From: an uncultured Chloroflexia bacterium
Lineage (GTDB): Bacteria; Chloroflexota; Chloroflexia; QHBQ01; JAICKM01
Assembly (NCBI GenBank): GCA_963784695.1
Contig: CAWARZ010000006.1
Location: forward strand, 545,282-609,281
DNA: 64,000 nucleotides
Direction of reading: 5' to 3'
The position numbers were made by a program, and so were the translations under genes. Positions 10,251 to 20,271 of the stretch are shown here, in pieces. Under the pieces are notes generated by a model. It was not told where the DNA came from, did no database searches, and worked only from the letters and a program-made list of their open reading frames with translations. The number at the start of each line of letters is the position of its first letter. The first letter of the stretch is position 1.

Positions 10251-13200
10251 TCGGTGGCCGTCGGCGGGCCTGGCGTGTTGGTGGGGCCCGGCGTCGCCGT
10301 TTCGCTCGGCACGGCCGTGGCGGTGATGCCCGGGCCAGGGGTGTCGGTCGCCGTGGCGATCGGCGTGATCGTGCCCGGAACCTCCGTCGCCGTGGCCGTC
10401 GCGCTTGGCGCCGCGGTCGGCGTGGCCGTGGTGCACGGCGGCGGGGTAGTCAGCAGCTCGGTGCTGTTCGTCGCGCTGCTGGACGTGTCCATGCCGGCGT
10501 AGACGATCACCCGGCCGTCCGGCAAGGTGCCCTGGGCGTGCCCGAGCCGCGCGTTGTTCAGCGTCGGCCCAGCGGTGTACGAGTTGGTGGCGATGTCGTA
10601 GACGTGCGTGGTGGCCACCGGATTGAAGCTGCCGTCGCCGCCGTCGGTGATGAACAGCTGGCCGGTACCAAAGGGCGAGACGCGGGCGTAGTTGCCGGCG
10701 CCGCCGAGATTGGCCGAGGCCAGCATGGCCCAGCTGTTGGCGGTCGGATCATAGCTCAACATCGTGTCGATGGGGAAGGTGTTGCCACCCTGGATGTAGG
10801 CGCCACCGAACACGTAGATCAGCCCGCCTGCGACGGTCGCGGCCGTGTTGGTGCGGCCGTTGGCGTCGGGCAGCGCGGCGCCCGTCGACCAGGTGTTGGT
10901 CGCGATATCGTAGATGTAGGCCGTGGTGACCGCGGCGGTGCCGTCGTCGCCGCCGATCACGTAGAACTTGCCGTTGAGCGCGGCGCCGGCCGCGGCTTCC
11001 ACCGGGGCGGGCAGCGACGCGCCGAACGTCCACGTGCCGGTCGCGATGTCATAGATCTGCAGCGTCGAGGTCACGACGTACGGCGAGTTGCACGACGAGC
11101 AGCCGCCCGCGACGAACACCTTGCCGCCCGTGGCGGCCACGGCGTCCTGGCCGACCGGCACCGGTAGTGGGGCTTCCTGCTCCCAGGCATCGGTCGTCGG
11201 ATTGTAGCGGTCGACGTCGCCGAACTGCTGCGTGTTGTCGCCACTCTGGCCGCCCGCGACGTAGAACTTGCCATCCGTGCCCATGTCGCCCAGCAGGAGT
11301 CCGCGCGCCGGATCCTGTGTCGGGCCCTGCGCCCAAGCAGGCGGGCCGCCGCACGCCAGCGGCGTAGCCGTGGCGGTCGGCGAGGGCGTGGTGCTCGGGG
11401 TAACCGGCGGCGAGGTCGGGCTGGGGGTCGCGCCTCCGGGCGCGCACGGGTTGATGGTGATGCTGTAGAGCTCGCAGCCGATGTTCGGGCTGACCTCGTT
11501 GACGACGACGACGGCAGTCTGGCCGGCGCCCAGCGAGAACGAGTAGCTGTAGCCCGGACCTGAGGCGCCGCCGTCGGCCAGGTAGTTGGCCTGGGGGTTG
11601 CTCGGGTTGAACGAGCCGAGGTAGGCGATGCTGTTGATGGCGTTGTCGCTGCACTCGGGCACGATGCTCACGGTGACGCATTCCGCGCTCCCCGTGCTGT
11701 TCGTGTAGGTGTAACTGTCGTAGTGCCGGGTGAGCGTGTCGCTCATGCCGGCCACCGACTTCGGCGCGGCGCAGGAGCTCTTCGGGTCAAACAGGCCGAG
11801 GCGGCCGGTCTGCGTCGCATCGGTATCGGTGATGCTGCCGGAGGCCTCGATGCTGCCGGGGCAGAGGGTCGGGGCCGGGCCGGGCGTGTTGGTCGCCGTC
11901 GGCACGGGGCCGGTGGCGGTCGCGACGGGCGTCGGGGTGCCCGAGGCCGCACAGCCGGGGAACTTAAAGCTGCCGATGCGCGTGCGCCAGTTGCGCTCGC
12001 CGGTCGTCCGCCAGTACATCTGGGTATACCAGAAGGTGCAGTCGTCGGCGGGGTCGATCTGCATCGCGCTGTAGTCGCCCCAGCGGTGGGCGGCGGGGAA
12101 GTCTTCCGAGCCGGTACCGGCGAAGAGGGTGGTCTCACCCTGACCGAGGGTGCCCAGCGGGTCGCCGGGCACGCGGCCGGCGTAGGCGATCCCCGGGTAG
12201 GTCGTCGCGTTGCCGAAGCTGAAGCCGACCGCGATGTCGCCGGCGCGGTCCTGGGCGATGGAGCCCATCCAGCGGTAGAGGCCGTCGCCCGGGGCATAGG
12301 TGCCCTGCTGGTAGACGCTGGCGCCGGCCGCGTTATTCGGGTCGCGGAGCTCATACCAGCGGACGCCGTCGACGCCGCCGGCGTTCACAGTGTGGTTCAC
12401 GACGAGCAACTCATAGGCCCCGAAGTTACGATAGGCCAGCCGGTACATCAGCCGGTCCGACAGGTTGTCCAGCAGCGTGCTGGTATCGGGCTCCGGCACG
12501 CTCGGCGCGGGATAGGAAAACGCGGCCACCGTGATCGCGAAGGGCCCCGTGTAGGTCGAGTTGGCCGGATTCGCGAAGTCGGCATGGAACTTGAATTCAT
12601 GGAGCTGGCTTGTGCTGTACCACTCGAGGAAGTAGTTGGGACTGCCGGCCGGCGGGAGCATGCCCGCGCTGTCGAGGTCGGTCGGGAGCAAACCCTGATC
12701 GCTGCCGTGGAAATAGATCTGTGTCGCGCCCGGATTACCCTGGAGCATGGCGACGCGGTCGTAGGCATAGTTGCCTCCGCCGCCGCTGCCGCCGAACTCA
12801 TTGGTGCTCATGTAATAGCCGTCCGGCCAGATGCCGAACTTCGGGTAATCGCCGAGTGTATTGCCGCTGTTGTGGTCGAGGAAGCCGTAGCGGTAATAGG
12901 AGCCCGTCGGGTCGCCGCTCGTCGACAGCGCGATGCACTGCATGTAGGGCGCGGAGCTCGTGAACTGGCTGAGCAGCCAGCGGTCGGCCATCGCGTCGTA
13001 GAGCGCGATCGGGTCGCCGTCGTTGTGCGACTCGCAGACCCCGCCGAAGCCCTGCCACAGGGTGTTGATGTTCACGGGACCGTAGAGCAGATTACCGGAC
13101 TTATCGTAGACGGCGAACATCGAGTTGACGATCTGCACGTAGTTGTTGCGGCCGACGTCGCCGTTCGTATCGGGCGGCAGGGGACCGTTCTCATTGTACT

Positions 13201-13552
13201 GCCCGTCGACATTCACGATGGGGGTTGGCATGGCCAACGGGCCCAGCGCGCGCTGGATCACCTGGTCGATGCCGTTGCTCTTCACGCCCGGCTTGGCGAT
13301 GGCCGGGTTGTCGTTATCCTGGATCTTGTACATGCCCCCGACCAGCGGGCGCATCGAGCGCAGCGGCGGCGACGTGTCGCTGTGAACCGCGGTGCGGACC
13401 TCGGGGTTGCGGAGAACCTGCACCCCGGAGGGCGCGGCGGGGGTCGCGAAGGCGGCAGGCAGCACGAACAGTGCGCCGGCTGCCAGCAACCCCACAAGCG
13501 CGACGACCACACCCACGGTGCGCCGCCGGCTCGTGCCTGGCAATGTGAACAC
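9596..13552 (-). CDS. SLH-domain surface protein 1 (conserved PPDTNGDVG N-terminal domain, Kelch propeller, Thr/Pro linkers, SLH repeats)
   Basis: 1318 aa, RBS GGAGGAGG, signal peptide. Kelch repeats (GKFYVIGG...YDIATNTW) and C-terminal FSDVHPTDYFY...GVISGYADNTFRPYNSTTRAQMVKIVV. Confidence 0.9.
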   Translation of the reverse strand: MFTLPGTSRRRTVGVVVALVGLLAAGALFVLPAAFATPAAPSGVQVLRNPEVRTAVHSDTSPPLRSMRPLVGGMYKIQDNDNPAIAKPGVKSNGIDQVIQRALGPLAMPTPIVNVDGQYNENGPLPPDTNGDVGRNNYVQIVNSMFAVYDKSGNLLYGPVNINTLWQGFGGVCESHNDGDPIALYDAMADRWLLSQFTSSAPYMQCIALSTSGDPTGSYYRYGFLDHNSGNTLGDYPKFGIWPDGYYMSTNEFGGSGGGGNYAYDRVAMLQGNPGATQIYFHGSDQGLLPTDLDSAGMLPPAGSPNYFLEWYSTSQLHEFKFHADFANPANSTYTGPFAITVAAFSYPAPSVPEPDTSTLLDNLSDRLMYRLAYRNFGAYELLVVNHTVNAGGVDGVRWYELRDPNNAAGASVYQQGTYAPGDGLYRWMGSIAQDRAGDIAVGFSFGNATTYPGIAYAGRVPGDPLGTLGQGETTLFAGTGSEDFPAAHRWGDYSAMQIDPADDCTFWYTQMYWRTTGERNWRTRIGSFKFPGCAASGTPTPVATATGPVPTATNTPGPAPTLCPGSIEASGSITDTDATQTGRLGLFDPKSSCAAPKSVAGMSDTLTRHYDSYTYTNSTGSAECVTVSIVPECSDNAINSIAYLGSFNPSNPQANYLADGGASGPGYSYSFSLGAGQTAVVVVNEVSPNIGCELYSITINPCAPGGATPSPTSPPVTPSTTPSPTATATPLACGGPPAWAQGPTQDPARGLLLGDMGTDGKFYVAGGQSGDNTQQFGDVDRYNPTTDAWEQEAPLPVPVGQDAVAATGGKVFVAGGCSSCNSPYVVTSTLQIYDIATGTWTFGASLPAPVEAAAGAALNGKFYVIGGDDGTAAVTTAYIYDIATNTWSTGAALPDANGRTNTAATVAGGLIYVFGGAYIQGGNTFPIDTMLSYDPTANSWAMLASANLGGAGNYARVSPFGTGQLFITDGGDGSFNPVATTHVYDIATNSYTAGPTLNNARLGHAQGTLPDGRVIVYAGMDTSSSATNSTELLTTPPPCTTATPTAAPSATATATEVPGTITPIATATDTPGPGITATAVPSETATPGPTNTPGPPTATETPCPLPFSDVHPTDYFYVPVQYLYCHGVISGYADNTFRPYNSTTRAQMVKIVVLGFGLPTYIPPGGDYTFADVKPDFPFFDVIETAAHDNVVSGYDCGGPGEPCDAQNRPYFRPYNNVTRGQLSKIDVVAAGWDLQNPPTGSFEDVLPNTAFYTFVETAYCHGIISGYDCGGPGEPCGPNNRPYFRQGNDATRGQISKIVYLSITGTGSCNIPTVTK

Positions 13553-14118
13553 GATTTACCTCCTCCTGAAAACTGGCTGTCGGACCTGGAAACCGTGCCG
13601 GAGGGCACCGCGCGGGCCGTGGTGGCCAACCCCCGGGCAAGGGCCGGGCGAAGTTGGTTCTCCGGTGGGACGGGGGGAACTTGCGCCTGGGAGGAAACGC
13701 TATCCCGGCGCACGGGCCGCCCACACGAGGCGCGCGCTTGCTATTATGCTCCGTGGTACGTGGCTAACCAGGTCAATGGGACCGCGGGGCGGCCGCCGCG
13801 CATGAGCGCCGGGCCCCTACTGGGCGTGCGAGAGTAACGCGCTGGCCTCCGGCATCCCTCCCCGTGACGACCGCGGCGGCCCTGGTTCGAAGCGGCGCCG
13901 CGACAACCACCGCGTGGCTGCCGTGCGCAGCCCTGAGATGACTGCTATTATAGTACAAACCAGGTCCGATCGCTAGTGGGTTTTTGCGGCAGCGGGCCGG
14001 CTGGCGGGTCGGCGCGCCACAGACGGCGAACGGGGCCGGGGAGAGAATCTCTCCCCGGCCCCGCGCTTTGCCGACGGGGGCGGGGAAGACCGGCCGGCCG
14101 GTCTTCCCCTGCTCGGTG

Positions 14119-17100
14119 CTACTTGGTGACCGTCGGGATATTGCAGCTCGAATTCCCCGTGATCGACAGGTAGACGATCTTGGAGATCTGGCCGCGGGTG
14201 GCGTCGTTGCCCTGGCGGAAGTACGGGCGATTCTGCGGATCGCAGGGTTCGCCTGGGCTGCCGCAGTCGTAGCCCGAGATGATGCCGTGGCAGTAGGCCG
14301 TCTCCACGAAGGTGTAGAAGGCCGTGTTCGGCAGCACGTCGGTGAACGAGCCGGTTGGCGGGTTCTGGAGGTCCCAGCCCGCCGCGACGACGTCGATCTT
14401 GGACAGCTGGCCGCGGGTCACGTTGTTGTACGGGCGGAAGTACGGGCGGTTCTGGGAGTCGCAGGGCTCGCCCGGCCCGCCGCAGTTGTAGCCGCTGACG
14501 ATGTTGTCGTGGGCGGCGGTCTCGATGACGTCAAAGAACGGGAAGTCCGGCTTAACATCGGCGAAGGTGTAGTCGCCGCCCGGCGGTATGTAGGTCGGCA
14601 GACCGAAGCCGAGGACGACGATCTTGACCATCTGCGAGCGGGTGGTGGAGTTGTAGGGCCGGAAGGTGTTATCGGCGTAGCCGCTGATCACGCCGTGGCA
14701 GTAGAGGTACTGCACCGGCACGTAGAAGTAGTCGGTTGGGTGCACGTCGCTGAAGGGCAGCGGGCACGGGGTTTCGGTGGGCGTCGCCGTGCCGAACACA
14801 GGCGTGTTGGTCGCGCTCGGGTTCGGAGTGCCGGTGACGCTCGGGCCGGGTGTGTCGGTCGGCGCGGTCGTGGCCGTGGCCGTCGGCGGGATGGACGTCT
14901 CCGTAGGCGAAGGCGCCGGGGTGTCCGTCGGCGGCACCGGGCACGGGGCGAGCGTGAAGGTCAGCTGCATGCCGGTGGTCAGGTGCGAGGTGTTGCACTC
15001 GAACTCGGTCGACTGGCTCGCGCCGCGCATGATTCCGACCGTGGCTGAGCCCACGTCGTCGACCACGCCGTAGACGAAGACGACCTGCGAGGCCAGACCG
15101 GGCGGCGGGGTTTCGTACAGCTGGATTTCGAAGTTGTCGTCATCGTTGCTCGCGTAGGACATCGCGCGCCACTCGATGTTGTAGATGCGGTTGGGCGCGA
15201 CGCCGACCGTCGAGGTGAAGATGCCGTGGCCGGTACCGCTGGTGACCAGGTCATCCCAGAACGGCGCCAAGGCGTAGCTGAAGATCGGCACCGGCAGGCA
15301 GTCGTTGCCGAAGGCGTAGTCGCTCGAGTTCGAACTCCATGGTGCCGTTCGAGGTGATGTAGGCGTTCGTGAAAGATTGGTCGTAGATCTGGACCGGGAA
15401 CGGCAAGTTTACGCTCGTTTCGCAGTCATCGCAGTGGTTGCCGATGTCGGTCGTGCCGGGGACGATCACGCCCGTGGTCTGCGTGTACGAGTAGTTCGCG
15501 CAGATGGTCGGGAAAGGCGTGGGAGTGCTCGTTGCGGTCGGCTGCGGGGTCTGCGTCGGCGGCGTGCCGGTCACGGTCGGCGTTGGCGTGGTCTGACCGC
15601 AGCCCGGGAACTTGAACGTCCCGACGCGGGTGTGCCAGCTGGCGCTGCCGGTGCTGGGATAGTACTCCTGGGTATACCAGAAGGTGCAGTCGTCCGACGG
15701 GTCGACGGTCATGTCGCTGTAGTCGCCCCAGCGCCCGCTGGTGCTTGTCTGCGAGCCGGCGCCCGCGATCAGCGTCGTCTCGCCCTGGGCCAGCACGCCG
15801 AGCGGATCGGTCGCCAGGCGGCCGGCGTAGCGGATGCCGGGGTAGACGGTGGTGCTCGACACACTGTAGCCGACGGCGATGTTGCCATCCTGGTCTTCGG
15901 CGACACTGCCCATCCAGCGGTTCGTCGAGTTGGGCGCGTAGGTGCCTTGCTGGTAGATGAAGGGCGTGCCGTTGGGGTCGCGGATCTCATACCAGCGGAT
16001 GCCGGACAGATCGTTCCCATTGGCGTCGACCGACTCGTTGGTGACCATCGACTCGTAGGAACCGTGGTTCCGATACGCCAGGCGGAACATCGTGTGATCG
16101 CCCAGCGTATCGAGATACGCGCCCGCGCTGACCCCCGGCTGCGGGATACAGTTGCGGGAGAGGCCGCACAGGTCGGGATCCCACGGGTCGGCCGCCAGGT
16201 TGGTCGGGCCGTCAAGGTGCGAGTTCGCCGGGACGGCGAAGTCGACGTGGAGGTTCCATAGGTGCAGATGGGTGGCGTTGCCGCTGACGGTCAGGAACGG
16301 CTCGCGCGCGCCGGACGGCGGCGGGGTGCTGCCGTCCAGGTCGGCGGGCAGGGCGGCGTAGTAGTAGTTGCCCGGGTTGAACTGCTGGAAGGTAGCGCTC
16401 AGGCCCTGCAGCATGCGCGTGCGGTCCATGGCGATGAACGCCGGGAAGCCGTACGACTGGCCGTTGAGGAAGACGTTGGCCGTCAGGTAGTAAGCGTCGG
16501 GCCAGACTCCGACCTTCGGATAGTCATACAGGTCGGTCGCGCTCTCGGTAAAGGCGTAGCGATACCAGGACCCGGTCGGATCGCCCGTCTGTGAGACGGC
16601 AACGCACTGCGCGTAAGGCGGCGAGGAGGTGAACTGGCTGATGACCCAGCGGTCGGCCATCGGGTCGTAGTTGACCACGGGGTCGCCGCTGTTGTGGGTC
16701 TCGCAGGTACCGCCGAACCCGCTGAACAACGTGTTGATCTGCAGCGGGCCGAGCAGCGAGGTGCCGCTCTTGTCCCAGATCTGGAACGCGGCGTTCACCG
16801 TCTGGACGTAGTTATTGGGGCCGACGTCGCCGTTGGTATCGGGCGGCAGACATCCGCAGCCCGACGTGGCGTAGCTGATGCCCTCGAACGACAGAGCCGG
16901 CGTCGGCATGGCCAGTGCGCCGAAGTAGTTCTGGACGTCCGGATCCTTGGCTACTGCCTTGGGCGCCAACTGGGACGGGTAGGGGTTTTCCGGAGCCTCT
17001 TGCATCGGCACGACCGGCTTCGGGGGGATGTCGCGCAGGGGCGGCGAAAGGTCGTGCTTGTCGTCGCGGCCGACGAGCGTGCCGTTCGCCAGGACTTTGC

Positions 17101-17299
17101 GCTCGCCGGGCTTCAGCTGGTCGACGATCGGACCGCCGGCCGTATTGAAGTTCGCCAGCAACGCGGGGCTGCTGGGCGTGGCAATGGTGCTCGCCGCGAC
17201 CTGGTTGACGGCGTAGACCGCGCCGCCCAAGACCAGCAAGAGCACGATGACGGGGGCCAGGTACAACAAGCGATTTCTACCGGGTTTCCGTAGGGGCAT
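14119..17299 (-). CDS. SLH-domain surface protein 2, paralog of protein 1, interrupted by a 1-nt frameshift near 15331
   Basis: ORF 15251-17299 holds the signal peptide and PPDTNGDVG domain. Its frame ends ...YITSNGTMEF and a second frame continues NSSDYAFGNDCLPVPIFSYALAPFWDDL into the SLH module (ORF 14119-15291). Total length is 3n+1. Confidence 0.85.
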
Positions 17300-17780
17300 G
17301 TTCCTGGTTCTCCTTCCGAAAGTGGGTTGGCCGCGGTGGACTACCGCAAGCTCCCGAGATAAATCGCGGACGATGGGATCACGGAGCGATCAAGCGCCCC
17401 GGCAGCGCGCGGCGCGCATGGAACGGGCATACATCGGAATGGCGCCGCGGCCGTTGCTTGGGTTGCGGGTGATCCTCTCCGTTCAGGTATCCCGATAATC
17501 CGCAGACGATGGGCCTGCCCGCCGGTTCGGGGTCTGTGGTAGGGCGGGCCTGGCCGCGCGCCGCAAGAAGCATACCGCCGTATCGCCCCGTGTCGAGGCA
17601 TGGACGGGCCTCGGTGCGAGCCGCACACGGATTCGGCCGGCCGGATCCGCATGTGACAGGCGCTCAGGCCGCGCCGGCGACGGGCCCCGTGGCATACCGG
17701 CAGGCCCGCGAGAGCAGGACCGGCCGGAGGTTCTCCTTCGCATTATACGCCAGACCGGCCCCGCTGCCCAGGGATGTGGG

Positions 17781-18947
17781 CTAATCGGCCTGGAAATCGG
17801 TGCGCGAGCGGGTCGGGGCGGGGGTGGCGGCGCGCGGTGCCGGCTGATCCGCGGCCAGGAGGCGCTGGAACAGCGCCTCGTAGGCCTCGGTGACCTGGGC
17901 CCAGGAGAAGTCAGCCCGGGCCCGGGCGCGCGCCCGGGCCCGGGCCGCCGCGACGCGCGCCGGGTCGGCCAGGAGCTCGGCCAGCAGCGCGCGCAGCCCG
18001 GCCACCGGGTCGGCGCCTCCGTAGTGGAACCCGGCGTCGCCCACCGTCTCGCGGTTCTCGGCCGTCTCGTAGGCGACCACACAGCTGCCGAAGCCCATCG
18101 CTTCGACGAGCGCCGGGTGGGTCCCACCGGCGGCCGAGGGCTCGACGAAGAGGTAGGCGTGCGAGCTGAGCTCGCGATAGGCGGCACCGAACTGGTAGCC
18201 GGTGAAGACCACGTTCGGGCCGGCGAGCGCATGCAACTGCGCGATATAACGGGCGGCGTAGGGTGCATCGCCGACAATCACGCACTTCTTGCCGGACGGC
18301 ACCTGCTGAAACGCGCTGACCAGGGTGTGGATGCGGTTCTCGGGCACGAGGCGGCCGACGAAGAGGACGTACTCGTCGGGTTGCAGCCCGAAGCGGGCCA
18401 GCGTGTCGCCCGGCGGCACCGGCGCGACGTCGGCGCCGTAGGCGATGTACTCGGCATGCGCGCCGAAGGTGTCGCGGTAGTATTGCTGGACGACGCGCGA
18501 ATCGGTGATGAGCGCGTGGGGCAGGCGGGCGCCCAGCCACTCGGCGGCGCGAATGTAGCGCTTGGCCGGGCCGGGCCACTTCTCGCGCTTCCAGTCGAGG
18601 CCGTCGACGTGCAGTACGGTGTGCCGCCCGGCGAGCCGCGGGATGGCGATGAGGGGGCTATTCGCGGCAACGAACACGAGCACGATGTCGGCGCCCGCCG
18701 CGCTGGCGTGCAGGGCCGCGAGCCCGGTGTGCACGAACGTGTCGAGGTATTTGTTGCGGATCGTCGGCAGGCGCACCAGCCGTACACCGGCATAGGTGTC
18801 GCCCGGCCAGTGCACGTGGTGCGGGCGGTTGTAGACGGTCACCGCGTGGCCGCGCGCCGCCAGCCGTGTGCTCACGGCCTCGACGCACGTCTCGAATCCG
18901 CCATAGTTGGCGGGGATGCCGCGGGTGCCCATCATGGCGATCTTCAT
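17781..18947 (-). CDS. Glycosyltransferase family 4 (DUF1972-type N-terminus)
   Basis: MKIAMMGTRGIPANYGGFETCVE; FVGRLVPEN; GTHPALVEAMGFG. Confidence 0.9.
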   Translation of the reverse strand: MKIAMMGTRGIPANYGGFETCVEAVSTRLAARGHAVTVYNRPHHVHWPGDTYAGVRLVRLPTIRNKYLDTFVHTGLAALHASAAGADIVLVFVAANSPLIAIPRLAGRHTVLHVDGLDWKREKWPGPAKRYIRAAEWLGARLPHALITDSRVVQQYYRDTFGAHAEYIAYGADVAPVPPGDTLARFGLQPDEYVLFVGRLVPENRIHTLVSAFQQVPSGKKCVIVGDAPYAARYIAQLHALAGPNVVFTGYQFGAAYRELSSHAYLFVEPSAAGGTHPALVEAMGFGSCVVAYETAENRETVGDAGFHYGGADPVAGLRALLAELLADPARVAAARARARARARADFSWAQVTEAYEALFQRLLAADQPAPRAATPAPTRSRTDFQAD

Positions 18948-19050
18948 GCCTGGCTCCTCGGCGCTCGGATCTCCGAGGCCGCCCTCGGTGCGTGCGCTCG
19001 ACTGGGGGCACCACGTGGCTCGCGCGCGGCGGCCTCAACCGGCAGGGCGA

Positions 19051-20271
19051 TTATAGCATACCGCGCCCGCTACCGGATCCGGCATTCGCATCGGCCGCGC
19101 ATCTCGCGACCGCCCGGTAGCAAGCCAGCAGCCGATCGGTCTGTTCGGGCAGCGCGTAGCGCGCGGCGATCTGCCGGGCGGCAGCGGCGCCCTGGGCGGC
19201 GCGGGCCGCCAGGTCGCCTGCGGCCATAATGGCGGCGGCCAGCGCATCGGCATCGCTGGGCGGCACCAGCCGGCCGGACGGAGGCGCGTCCCGCGCCAGA
19301 TCGGCCAACGCGCCCACCGGCGGCCCGATCCAGGGCAAGCCGCACGCGCCGGCTTCGAGCACCGCCAGGCACTGCGCCTCATGCCGCGAGGTGAGCACGA
19401 AGACGTCGTGCACGCGATAGAGCTCCGGCAGCGCGTCGTGGAGCAGCGCGCCGGCGAAGCGCACCCGCTCGCCGAGGCCCAGCCGCCGCGCCCGCGCCTC
19501 CAGATCCGGCCGCAGGGGGCCGTCGCCCGCCAGCGTCAGCGTGGCCGCCACGTCGTGACCCCCGGCCGGCACGCGGGCCAGCGCCTCCAGCAGCAGCGCC
19601 TGATCCTTGACAGGGATGAGCGACGCGGCCTGCACCAGGCGCAGCGGCGCGCCAGGCGACTGGGCCGATGCGTTGGGCCGGGGATGGAAGCGGGCCAGGT
19701 CGACGCCAAAGGCCCAGGCATGCGCCTTGGGCAGCAGGCGCGGGTAGGTGCGAGCCAGTTGCCCGTGTATAGGTCCGGAGGGCACCGTGATCCCGTTGGC
19801 GAGGCGCAGGCTGACGGCGACGAGCAGGCGGGCCAGGCCGGGGCGGCGGTTGCCGTAGCCGATCGCCGGGTCGACGGTAAGCTCGCCGCCGGCCAGATGC
19901 ACGAGCGTCGGGATACCCAGCCTCCGCCCGGCCAGCGCCGCCAGATAGCCCGACTCGGTCGCCCAGAAGCCGTGGAGCACGGCGAAGGGGGCATGCCGGT
20001 GCTCGCGGGCGATCGCGCCGAGGGCCTCGGCCCAGAGGCGCAGCAGGCTGGCGCCCCAGACGCGATGCGCGCCGAACGGGGCGCCGCCGAAGCTGTGCAC
20101 CCGGGTTCCGGCCAGGGCGTAGCGGTCGCGGCGCGGCGGGTAGCGCAGGGCGAAGACGTGCAGGTCGACGTCCGGCCGGGCGGCGAGCGCGCGCGCCAGC
20201 GTCGTCAGCGCCGGGATGCACCAGTCCGCCGGGTCGCCTGCGAAGCCGGGCACGATAAAGCCGATCTTCAT
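19051..20271 (-). CDS. Glycosyltransferase family 4
   Basis: GT-B fold motifs: AASLIPVKDQ and DVFVLTSRHEAQCLAVLEAGACG. Confidence 0.9.
   Translation of the reverse strand: MKIGFIVPGFAGDPADWCIPALTTLARALAARPDVDLHVFALRYPPRRDRYALAGTRVHSFGGAPFGAHRVWGASLLRLWAEALGAIAREHRHAPFAVLHGFWATESGYLAALAGRRLGIPTLVHLAGGELTVDPAIGYGNRRPGLARLLVAVSLRLANGITVPSGPIHGQLARTYPRLLPKAHAWAFGVDLARFHPRPNASAQSPGAPLRLVQAASLIPVKDQALLLEALARVPAGGHDVAATLTLAGDGPLRPDLEARARRLGLGERVRFAGALLHDALPELYRVHDVFVLTSRHEAQCLAVLEAGACGLPWIGPPVGALADLARDAPPSGRLVPPSDADALAAAIMAAGDLAARAAQGAAAARQIAARYALPEQTDRLLACYRAVARCAADANAGSGSGRGML

Noticed and set aside
13553-17780. Riboswitches in the long leaders of SLH genes 1 and 2
   Set aside because: No recognisable aptamer consensus or terminator/antiterminator pair could be identified by eye.
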